Origin: Setoptus koraiensis
Taxonomy: Eukaryota; Animalia; Arthropoda
Reading direction: 5' to 3'
Length of the DNA stretch: 64,000 nucleotides
Assembly (NCBI GenBank): GCA_048013815.1
Contig: CM106586.1
Span: forward strand, 10,540,001-10,604,000
Below are positions 44,573-54,687 of the stretch, in pieces. Both the position numbers and the translations under genes were made by a program. Position 1 is the first letter of the stretch. Each line of letters opens with the position of its first letter. Below the pieces are notes generated by a model. It saw only the letters and a program-made list of their open reading frames with translations. It was not told the DNA's origin and searched no databases.

Positions 44573-47500
44573 GCCGATATAGTGTGTTGTGTATAGTGGG
44601 CAAATGGCGCTTGATTGGCCCCAAACAATTGCCAGTTGGCCGTCGTCGCCCGCCGCCGCCGCCAGTGTCGATAAACAACAACATCTCAATAAATACACAC
44701 TGAGCAGCGAACAAGAAAAGAAAAGTCGACGCTGTTGGCGTTCGGGCTGGCCCCGAGGCCACAAACACACACACACACACACACTGTTTGGGTATTCGGT
44801 TACGGATAACTAACTGTTTGGGGCGAGTGAGGCGACGATGACGGACAGAATCACCTAGTGGAAACGTAGCTCACCGAAGCTGTCGGCTGTCGCTGCTCGC
44901 CCGTGTGGGGCCCGCGATTCTTCTCGGTGCGGCGGTTCGTTTGCCGGCGCTGGCGGATTGTCGGAAAACGCCAGAGTAACACGCTGTAACGCGCCCTCGC
45001 GCGCCCTTACGCGCCACTGTTTGCACCGACTGCCAATCCAATTCGCCAATCCGCCCGTTCGCCAATTCGCCCGTTCCGCGGGCCCCATCGCGCTTGTGCC
45101 GGCGGGGCCGGCGCGAGCATGTCGACAGCGACAAATCACTTGCTTGATTGATTCATTGAATTCTTCACAGCGATGATACTTATTACATTGTTTAACATTG
45201 TCTGCACTGTCTGACATGATCAGTGGCACAACTTATGGCCCGGCTGTTAATTCAATTGTGTGTAATAGCACATAATACACATCTATTAGTTATGCAACCG
45301 ACACATGCCGTTATAATGCCATTTCGACGCGCATTGCACCCGCTGCCGAGCACTCTCGAACGGCGCGTCGGCGGCCCGCCCGACCAACGCACCGTTTGCG
45401 AGCGGCCCCTTTTCTGCCCGATCGCCCCATACCCCCGCACACATCTTATGGCCGCTAATACCCCCGGCATATCCCGTACTTGTATGATGTATGCACCGCA
45501 TACGTCATACAAGTGTATATAAGCCGCATAGGTTACCTATGATAGGCAGCGATAATCAAATTCACTGCTATTCTCGAGATTGCACCGTGCTTGTGAATGC
45601 TGCTGCCGCAAATAAATCATCATCGCCGCACCAGAGTCACTCAATCAAATCCATTTATTTATGAGTCGGCCTCATCGCGAACAGTTTATGAAAAAGAAAG
45701 AAAAAACAAACCACTCATTGCACAAACTCAACTGAGCCATACTTTTGATCAGACAACCACGACATCCCACACTGAACTTGTGCTGCAGTATTTTCGTTGT
45801 GCTGTCAGATATATTCGTCGTGTATCACGACTTGCACACGATGCATTTGAGCAACTGGCATTCTTTTCACCATTTCGGCCCCATACCGAGTGATCCAGTG
45901 GACGCAATTCGATCTCTGCGCTGACACAATCAACGATCATCGGTTGGCATGGTCGAAATCAAACCATACCGTCAAATAGCGAAACAACGACGAGCGATCG
46001 CGATGCCGCCAGCAGCGGCAGTTGATTACGTGACTTCCGTTTTTCTTGCTTACTCAATTGTTGTTGTTGTTGTTGTTGCTGCTAGTTCATGGGCGATTCG
46101 CCATGTTGAGAGGCCGCCCGCTTGCTACAGCGGCTGGTCCGTTGCACAAGCACGAAACGGAGCTTAATTCGGATAGCTCGCCAGCGATGCAATTGGTCGT
46201 GTTAGAACGAGGCACGTCGTCGCTCCAGTTGCAATGTGGTGAGCATAACGGCAACACGAAAAACTCGTACGAAGCTCGATAGGCCGTTATAGGATAGTTG
46301 GCATGTCAGTCATCTTTATAGGGCCCAACTCCGGCGCTGTGTGCCAGTGCTGAGGCCCGCCGGTGTGTTTATCCTGTGCAATGGAGCCTCGCCAACGATC
46401 GGGCGCGTCGGTGCTGCAGTCGCTGTGACTTGTGACCAGAATAACCGTCTGCCTATCGACAACCACATCTGAATTCGAATATGTGCATTCGAATGTATAT
46501 ATTAGGATATGTGTATCCGCGTGCATGTATTCGAATGCTCCGCTCGCACGCTACAACCGATATCCAGCCACGAGACTCAGGTAGACAACGATTGCCAGCG
46601 TATCAATGAAGGGTGCGTGGGCAGGGGGCCCCTTTATAGGTTTCGTCGACAAACATCGGCGCACCGTGCCGAGCGACTCAGCGACTGCTTGTAAGCAAAG
46701 TGGCAATCAGGCCACTGGCTAGACAAACAAAACATTCCAATAACTCTGTTGACAGTTGTTATATGGTTGTTTGCTTTTTCGTTAGCAGTTTCGCTGGCAG
46801 TTAGTGTGTGCGGTTGGGCCCGACCAAGCGTGAAACGGCCAACTCTCAAAAAATGCCTTGTATTGCCTGTTGGCCACTAGTGCTGCGTCGCTAGTATAGT
46901 CGAGATTCTTTAACCGATTAGCCGTTCTATTCTATGAAACTGGCGCGTAGGTGGCACGAAATGCACCTCGAAACAACAGACCTCAATACAAACCTTCCGT
47001 CGTCTTCCACCTACTGGCTGATCTTGTGACATGTCGAAAAACTAGCGCCATTCGCGACAGGTTAGCCTGATTTGCAGTGCTGCATCGCACTCACGCAAGG
47101 TGAAAGTCACAAAACAAATCACCAATGTAGCTAACAATCGGTGCATCTAGAATCATTTCGAATCGATCACAGTTTATATCGGATCTTTCTTAAATATCGG
47201 CAACTCAGCAGTCTCAGCGATAGTGAGTGATGCAAGAGCAAGCATAAAGTGGACAGCAAATAAAGTGGAGAATGAAAGAATCAAACGTCCAATCACATCA
47301 CTCGTAACAGAGCAATGACCAATCGACGAACTGCTAAAATTGTCCTCCAGTTTCCGGTTCCAGCTTCTATTATCTGGAAACAACGCCCGGCGACCAACAA
47401 CAAGCCGATCAAACTAACAGAGCCGATCGGAGAAATCTAATCTAATGAACAAAAATAAAAATTGGTGAAAGAAGCACGCGATTATCTTCGTCTTTGGTTT

Positions 47501-48082
47501 TTCCGTAATCGTTAACGCGCATATTTCTCACTGAAAAAACGCTGCCTACGCGAAAAAAAAGCTCACTTATCCCCAATTCCCCCCGCTTCAAGCGAACGGA
47601 AGCAAATATCTTCTGTTGTGACCAAATTTATTCACCAGTATATCCTCTCATGCTAAGTAAAGTGCATACCTTGATATAAGTCGAAACTATTCAGATATAG
47701 CCATTTCGGATGAACCGGAGAGATCTAGATAGATTAAATCAAACATCCAATCGGGTATCGCCATTCAATTATCAAAGTTAACATGGCCGTGCTAACTTTG
47801 ATGAGATCCCTATCATGGAATTCATCCAATTATGGGCATCGACTCTGACAAGTGAGATATCTGGCCCTGTATCGATATTTTTCTTGAAGATTCGAGTATT
47901 CGAGAATGATATGCTATGCACTGTGTTTATACATAGGTGCCATTTGCCCATTGATTGCTCAAACGGTTGGCTCATTGGAGTTAAAGCTTGATACCCAATA
48001 TGACACCAAGGACAGATATTCAAAACAAAGATACCTTACAATGTCCTCGTATTTTATTTTTTAAAAAAATACGTCTTTCCAT

Positions 48083-49093
48083 CTATAACATACTTTCCCA
48101 CACATTGTCATCTTGAATGTTCAGCAGTTTCTGCTCCAACTTATTACCAAAGAAACTCATAATAGATACTTTGGATGTGTCGCGATTGTAAAGATCTTTT
48201 CTTATTTGCACATTCGACATGCAAACTTCTTTTGGGCACACTTTGAAAAATTCGTCCAACGTTTTGTTGCCTGCTTTTTCTGGGTCAATTGCTTCCAAAA
48301 AGCTGAGTAAATAGTAGGTATATCTATCGATGACATAAACACCGATGGCTGAGTCACCATGGTGAGATAATGAATCCTCCCCGACCTTGGAGGACCCGAT
48401 ACCGATGATGTTTGGAGAGTACAAATCGAGTGACATAGACTCGGCTTGGCATGTGTCGACAATAAACAATATCTCATTGTATCTTTGTTTTTGGTGCATC
48501 TGTTCAAAAGAGTCAGCCAATTCTGTCGACGTGAGTTCGCCTTTGTCTTGGAATTTTAAGAAACCATTGCCCCCGTGTCCAGTTAAATATATCAATATGT
48601 TGGATCCTTCATCACTTAACAGTTGTTTCGATCTTGGAGTTCCATTCATTACTCTACCAGTTAGTAGTCGAATGAAATTTTCCACTGTGACATCTTCGCC
48701 TCTGTAATCTACTTCAACATCGTCGCCGTATACATTAATATGGTGGTGAGCATTGTTGAAAATGGTGGCAGGCCAAGGGTTTCTAGCATCACAGGCGATG
48801 TCATCAGCAAGCATAAGAATGATATGGGAATCGTCAATTCCAAATCTTTTGATCGATCTGTAAACGGACAAGACGTTTGCTACATGCCGATAATTGAACC
48901 AATATCTAGAACTGCAAACAAGAACTGCCCAATTATTTGAGTGTTGATTTTTGAGGAATTTTTCTGCCTTCCCTAGATTTATCTGTGATGTAACTTGTTG
49001 TGTGCCTAATATACTAATGATGAGAGCTAGTATCAAAATGACAACCAGCAACCTTTGTTTGTTGATTGTGGAATAAGTTGATGTTTGTGTCAT
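48083..49093 (-). CDS. PIGK: GPI-anchor transamidase catalytic subunit (GPI8, peptidase C13), 336 aa
   Basis: NNWAVLVCSSRYWFNYRHVAN, catalytic GHG and DTCQA motifs, N-terminal hydrophobic signal from ATG 49093. Confidence 0.95.
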   Translation of the reverse strand: MTQTSTYSTINKQRLLVVILILALIISILGTQQVTSQINLGKAEKFLKNQHSNNWAVLVCSSRYWFNYRHVANVLSVYRSIKRFGIDDSHIILMLADDIACDARNPWPATIFNNAHHHINVYGDDVEVDYRGEDVTVENFIRLLTGRVMNGTPRSKQLLSDEGSNILIYLTGHGGNGFLKFQDKGELTSTELADSFEQMHQKQRYNEILFIVDTCQAESMSLDLYSPNIIGIGSSKVGEDSLSHHGDSAIGVYVIDRYTYYLLSFLEAIDPEKAGNKTLDEFFKVCPKEVCMSNVQIRKDLYNRDTSKVSIMSFFGNKLEQKLLNIQDDNVWESML

Positions 49094-49322
49094 TTTCGAA
49101 TAAATAAGTATTAAATAAATAAAAAATAAATAAAAATTGTCATGGATGCTCGTTTTTTCTTTCCAACCGAGCAATGAAAGCGTGTCTGATGAAACAGACC
49201 ACTTTCTTTTTTAGTTTTATTTTTTGTTTGTTTGAATATGGCGCACAAAAAAAAGATGATAAAATGTGATTGTTTTCAACACATTGCCAGGTGAATCTTA
49301 TTAATTAAAACAATTTTACACA

Positions 49323-49496
49323 ATGGATCAAGCTTTAATCAATCAATTTATAAATGAAATGAGTGACTACCTTGTCAGTTATAGCCATCTGGTTGAGACA
49401 CGTCTACACGACATAAGCACTAGCGTCAATCAATGTCAAAGTAATTTGGTTATACTAGAACGCAAGCTGGACTCTATTCACGCCAACCAGCAATAG
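49323..49496 (+). CDS. WASHC3: CCDC53/WASHC3-like microprotein, 57 aa (below the ORF-track cutoff)
   Basis: MDQALINQFINEMSDYLVSYSHLVETRLHDISTSVNQCQSNLVILERKLDSIHANQQ parallels the CCDC53 helix FLNQFVVHTVQFLNRFSTVCEEKLADLSLRIQQIETTLNILDAKLSSI (reference recalled from memory). Confidence 0.62.
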   Translation: MDQALINQFINEMSDYLVSYSHLVETRLHDISTSVNQCQSNLVILERKLDSIHANQQ

Positions 49497-49580
49497 TTGA
49501 ACAAAACAAACATTTATCTCTTATCATGCTTCTCACCACATCAGCATCATTTCTATCAACGTGATAATTACAATTAAAAT

Positions 49581-50009
49581 ATGTCCGATATTTTGTCTAT
49601 TTATATTATTAGCAAATCAGGAGGTCTTATTTTCAACCATGACCTCCAACCATCGAAGCTAACCACAAATGAGAAGATTGTATTAGCCTCCATGTTTCAT
49701 TCCATGTATGCTATTTCTGCCCTGGAGATATTTCCACCGCCTAAGAATACAAACGACTTCTTCCCACCTACTGGTATAGAGACATTGGAGGCCGGTAACT
49801 TTAAATTAGACTGTTTTCAAACACTGACCGGTGTTAAATTCATTATTATCAGTAATCAACCACAATCAGTCAATATACAGGCTCTCCTTAGAAAAATCTA
49901 TGAAATATATTCGGATTATGCCTTGAAGAATCCATTCTATTCACTGGACATGCCTATACGATGTGAAAAATTCGAGCAAATAATTCAGTCGACATTCAGC
50001 AACGCCTAA
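49581..50009 (+). CDS. TRAPPC4: TRAPP complex subunit 4 (Trs23/synbindin), 142 aa
   Basis: [37 protein letters not shown] and [30 protein letters not shown]. Confidence 0.93.
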   Translation: MSDILSIYIISKSGGLIFNHDLQPSKLTTNEKIVLASMFHSMYAISALEIFPPPKNTNDFFPPTGIETLEAGNFKLDCFQTLTGVKFIIISNQPQSVNIQALLRKIYEIYSDYALKNPFYSLDMPIRCEKFEQIIQSTFSNA

Positions 50010-50506
50010 TCACAATGTAATCATTGAATAAACACAGTCATATTCAATTGACACTTTACCTTTATGTTAATATTAAGGTGTTTAGGTTTTTTCTCTCTTT
50101 TTCTCTGATTTCAGCCTGATTTGGCTTTCCACAACGCCACTTTTGTTCAGTCGCGTATGTCCAACTTATTCTTAGTTCTAGATTTCTATGGATTCTTATC
50201 ATGCGCCTGCAATTCTCAGTTCATGTCAGCGAACTACGAAAACTGGTTTTGAGCTTGTGTTTTCCCCAGCAATCGCATAAAAAGTCCAGACACTCTTTCT
50301 TACACTAAGCAAGTGAATTTTGTTTAGTGTAGATACAGTTGGATAGTGTGAACAAGCGAAAACATGAAAACATAAGAGAAACAAATAAATCTTCGAATCT
50401 TCATGCAAGATGGAACCTCAACTATGAGATATCTTCTATCAAGACCACCATCCATGCAATAAATCTGAACCAATTTTAAGGAATACTGCCGAATCAAATT
50501 CCTAAC

Positions 50507-52303
50507 ATGAAGAAATCTAATTCAATTTCAATGCAACAAACCATAATTTATACTCATGAGTTGCCATATCAAGCTCGAAAAGATCTCTGTGATTTGCTGG
50601 ACTTTGATGATAGCTGCCGGAGATTAGGTGGCGAATTCATGGGCTTAGACAGCATAACGCTTGGATTAGTTGAACAAGCCATACAGAGGAAAGGATCACG
50701 CACTGAGGAACTTCTGAAAATTTTAGATTTAGAAAACAAAAAAATAAGCGAACTCTATGCGTTGCTTGAAAGAATGAATCATCGAAGAGCCATGGAAATC
50801 CTGAGACCTTTCTTGAGTTCATCGGGCCAGCCAAATCAACTTAACAAGAGACAAGCTCGAGGGCTGCCATCCGATACTCTAAAGGAAACAGTTAATCCGT
50901 ACCCAGAAAAATGTCACAAGGGTGGCAATATCCCTCCACAACAAATTGTTAATGATAACAATGTTGCTTTAAACATGATTGTTAGGAAGGCGATTGTTGC
51001 AAACGGAACAACAACGGATCAAAATAAATTAGATCCGGCCGGTTCAAACTTAAACAAAAAGAGGACCAGCCTAAACGACCAAAGTGTCATTGACCAGCTA
51101 AGATTAATAATGCAGATAACTTATGAAGAACTTCGATTAGCAACAGGAGACTTCAGTGAGTCCAATATTCTTGGTAACGGGGGTTTCGCATCCGTTTATC
51201 GGGGCGTTTGGAAAGGCACTGATGTAGCCATCAAACGTTTGCGGTGTAACCTGATGGATCAAGCACTTAATGAGTTGACGATTTTGAATAGCTATAGAAT
51301 TGACAATATTCTACCTATTTATGGTATAAGCTTCGATGGACCAGAGGCTTGTTTAGTTTATCAATTCATGGTAAATGGATCATTGGATGATAGATTGTCA
51401 TGCAAGAATAACAGTAAACCACTAAATTGGAATCAACGAGCCACAATTGGCGAGGGTATCGCAAAAGGTTTGTTCTATCTACATACACTAAGATCAAAAC
51501 CTATAGTTCACGGTGATGTAAAATCTGCTAATGTGCTCTTGGATGCACAATTCATACCCAAGTTGGGCGATTTTGGTCTGTCTAGGCAAGATGCCTCAGA
51601 TGGTACACATTGCACGGTATCATCTATACATGGAACAAGTGTTTATCTGCCCCCAGAATATCTCCGTCATAAAATGTTGTCGTCAGCAGTAGATGTATAT
51701 AGCTATGGCATTGTTTTGTTGGAAATGGCGACGGGTCGACGCGCTTACGATGGAAAGCGACTGTTGATCGACATGGTTGAGGAAGAGATGCGAAGCACAG
51801 CCCACAATCAAATTAGTTCCAACTTGAAAGATCCTAAATTAAAGAACAATACTCAGACAGATCTGAAGATATGGTATGAACTCCTAATAAAACTAGGGCT
51901 GGCTTGTGCGAATAAAAATAAAAGAAAACGGCCAGACATGGCCCGTATCTTGGAATATTTTAACAATTTTCGTACAAGGGAAACCAGATCAGCCGAACTA
52001 GCCATGATGAATATCAAACAGAGCTCTTTCCAAACCTCGGACTGCACCGGATTTCGGGTTGCCGAAGACCTAAGAGTAGGTGGTACTCAAGAAATGACAA
52101 CAGTAGAAGCTAAATCTCAACTCAAAGATCAAGCACCACAAAAGGTCAGTCTCATGGATGTTGATATAGACGAAACAAACCATGATAAAACTACAGAAGA
52201 TGATGGTCTCCCACAGAGCGACTGTCGGCCAGTCGAACCAATAATACCTCTTCTAACTGAACTCGGAATCGTCCAGACAGCTGATGACAGTACAGAAAGA
52301 TGA
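50507..52303 (+). CDS. pll: Pelle / IRAK-family Ser/Thr kinase with N-terminal death domain, 598 aa
   Basis: Death-domain-like N-terminus, GNGGFASVYRG, LVYQFMVNGSL, non-RD HGDVKSAN (Pelle type), DFG, and GTSVYLPPEY. Confidence 0.88.
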   Translation: MKKSNSISMQQTIIYTHELPYQARKDLCDLLDFDDSCRRLGGEFMGLDSITLGLVEQAIQRKGSRTEELLKILDLENKKISELYALLERMNHRRAMEILRPFLSSSGQPNQLNKRQARGLPSDTLKETVNPYPEKCHKGGNIPPQQIVNDNNVALNMIVRKAIVANGTTTDQNKLDPAGSNLNKKRTSLNDQSVIDQLRLIMQITYEELRLATGDFSESNILGNGGFASVYRGVWKGTDVAIKRLRCNLMDQALNELTILNSYRIDNILPIYGISFDGPEACLVYQFMVNGSLDDRLSCKNNSKPLNWNQRATIGEGIAKGLFYLHTLRSKPIVHGDVKSANVLLDAQFIPKLGDFGLSRQDASDGTHCTVSSIHGTSVYLPPEYLRHKMLSSAVDVYSYGIVLLEMATGRRAYDGKRLLIDMVEEEMRSTAHNQISSNLKDPKLKNNTQTDLKIWYELLIKLGLACANKNKRKRPDMARILEYFNNFRTRETRSAELAMMNIKQSSFQTSDCTGFRVAEDLRVGGTQEMTTVEAKSQLKDQAPQKVSLMDVDIDETNHDKTTEDDGLPQSDCRPVEPIIPLLTELGIVQTADDSTER

Positions 52304-52372
52304 ATAAATTGGCCCATTAGTTTGAAACTTGATAAATATTGCTAGTTTGTTCATTGATAATTGTATTAATTG

Positions 52373-53980
52373 TTATTCTAAACGAATCATATCTGTTACA
52401 GATACCGTAGATGTATTCTCGATATCACCACCATCATTGTATAAAGCTGACGGCCCATCTAAAATATCACCTTGTATTGGAGTCTCAAAAGATTCACAAA
52501 TGTTAGTACTTAAACCATCAGTTAAGGTTGTTCCAGTGTTAGTCAAAGTATCAACGTGTGTAGCTGACTGTCCTTGACCTTGTTTGGATGAACTTTCGCC
52601 AGATTGTACGATGACTGGTCGCACGCTTCTTGGGATTATTTTGTCATGAGGGTACATGGGGTTGGCGGATTCTCGTATGTGCCTCAATGCAGACTCAGAA
52701 ATTTTTAGCACAGTTAACTTGGAAGCTCCATTCTGTACAACAGCCACTTGATCTGGTTTAAGATGCTGCTGGACTGTGCTGATAGTTTGAGATTTCATTA
52801 TTGACTTAGTTGGACCTTGGTAGGTGTGTTTGGGAGTGCCTAATCTACTCAGGATCAGTTCATTTTTTATGTAGGGTTTCCTCTTATAATTGATAATTTG
52901 ACTTTTTGTAGTAGTAAGTCTGACTTTACCTAGATTATCTTTATAGAGGCTGTTGGATGGCGAATCGAGACTCTTTCCTAAGGTGCTCGATTCATTGTTG
53001 GACTCTGGTGTTACTTCAATCTGTTTCTTCTTCTTCTTTCCAAACGAGCGTTCTAAAGAATCAATCGGAGGAATAACGAGAGATTTTCCTCCTAGACTCT
53101 CTCGAGCTGTTTGAGCAAAAAGGGCTAGTCTGGCCTTCTTGATTGCAACACGATCGCTGTCGGGCTTGATTCTTATAGTTCTCGTTGGAGCCAAAACTTT
53201 GCTGGAGTCTTTCGTAACGAATATTTCACTATTCCCTTCAACAGCTAGGCTATCTTTCGCGATGACATTCTTGATATCCTCAATAGATGATCCATCTGTC
53301 ACTATGGCATAGATTGGAAGGTTTTGTGAGTTCGTTATATTAGTTTGGTCATCAATATTATTCTGAGTACAGGATCTCAGTGTGACAAATTTAGACTTTT
53401 GAGGAATGCTAAAGGACACGGATTTATTGGAGGCATCGAATGTTGCTTTGTTGGGCATAGTAGACTGACAAACTAAGGGTCGCTCCATAGAATTATTTGA
53501 GTTCCATTGTTTGTTAAGTAACTTTTGTGCTTGATGTTGCGTGATTCGCCGGACAGGAGGTGTATGTTGTATTATGATGGGCTTCAAAGATGTAGAAACA
53601 ACAGGCTGGGAGTTTCGTTTCACTTGCTGCTGGGCAACATCACGTTTGTTCTTCTTTGGACTCTTCTTTGTTGGTTCAGTGGCTGAAAGTTGATTATTAG
53701 TATCTGCAAGAGGAAACTCGCATAAGGTCTCCGGATCGAATTTCGTTTCTAAATTGCATCTGGACAGATCGTGATTTTCCTCTGGCGGCAACTGATGAGA
53801 GTCTTGTGTTTGTTTGGTATCTTTTTGTTGCGATAAAATCAATGGAGCCTCTATGTGACTAGGCTGCTTGTGATTGTTCTCCCTCTCCCTCTTGATAGTA
53901 GGTGTAGCTAATATGATGGGTAGATTGGCGAAACGTCTCGAGCGGTTAGTTAGAGCCATGCCTGACAGTAAATAATTCAA
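52373..53980 (-). CDS. Hypothetical low-complexity Ser/Thr/Lys-rich protein, at least 525 aa; possible short upstream exon spliced near 53962/54040
   Basis: Long open frame filling the gap between Pelle and PNISR. No domain recognised. Confidence 0.6.
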   Translation of the reverse strand: MNYLLSGMALTNRSRRFANLPIILATPTIKRERENNHKQPSHIEAPLILSQQKDTKQTQDSHQLPPEENHDLSRCNLETKFDPETLCEFPLADTNNQLSATEPTKKSPKKNKRDVAQQQVKRNSQPVVSTSLKPIIIQHTPPVRRITQHQAQKLLNKQWNSNNSMERPLVCQSTMPNKATFDASNKSVSFSIPQKSKFVTLRSCTQNNIDDQTNITNSQNLPIYAIVTDGSSIEDIKNVIAKDSLAVEGNSEIFVTKDSSKVLAPTRTIRIKPDSDRVAIKKARLALFAQTARESLGGKSLVIPPIDSLERSFGKKKKKQIEVTPESNNESSTLGKSLDSPSNSLYKDNLGKVRLTTTKSQIINYKRKPYIKNELILSRLGTPKHTYQGPTKSIMKSQTISTVQQHLKPDQVAVVQNGASKLTVLKISESALRHIRESANPMYPHDKIIPRSVRPVIVQSGESSSKQGQGQSATHVDTLTNTGTTLTDGLSTNICESFETPIQGDILDGPSALYNDGGDIENTSTVSVTDMIRLE

Positions 53981-54687
53981 TCTAGTTGTTCATTCGTGAT
54001 GAGATAATTTTTTCCCTTCGGTCGTACATTACAAGTCACCTGTAATCGTCATCTGTCTCGAAAATGATGAATCAATAGTAAATTTAATAAACATATTGAT
54101 ATCAACTTGCAACATTGCCATAAAATCTTCTATGAACGGATTTTCTATCCATAACTTACACTTTTGAGAAGCGGCAATTTCAAACAGATTTGAAGCGAGA
54201 ATCGGTGAGTTTTTGCACGATTTGCAGTACTACACTACCAGTCGGATATGCCTGATTTATGTCATTTTTTGGGTCTTGAAGCATTTGGTATCGAATAACA
54301 AAGATTGAACATCACTTTAATTATTTTATTGTTGTCTAATAATATACAGTATAACAATGCAACGGAGCTAACTCGCGGACGTGAGTTTTGTAGGAAAGAA
54401 AGCACATGATATCTTGAACTAGTACAGCATGAAATATAGCGATGGGCACAGATTGCAGAGAGAGTCGCAGGTTTAGACGCGGCGACTGCTCAACAGAGGT
54501 CAACCGACTATTGCGAAGTCAATTTCATTTCGAGCAGTTGATGAGACTGATCTTCCTTCTTGTCTAACATCGAGTTGATACTATTTTAGCAACGACTACA
54601 TCTATTTCTATTAGATATTTTCAAGTAGATGCTGACCCGTGATCATTACTTAGATGCTACACTTAATTAGAAACAATATCAATCAAG

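Noticed and set aside
47170-48020. Broken reading frames that look like a decayed gene
   Set aside because: No homology recognised by eye; would need tBLASTx to support.
48083-48160. PIG-K lacks a C-terminal transmembrane helix
   Set aside because: Soluble GPI8 without the helix is already reported for several invertebrates and trypanosomatids, so it is not novel.
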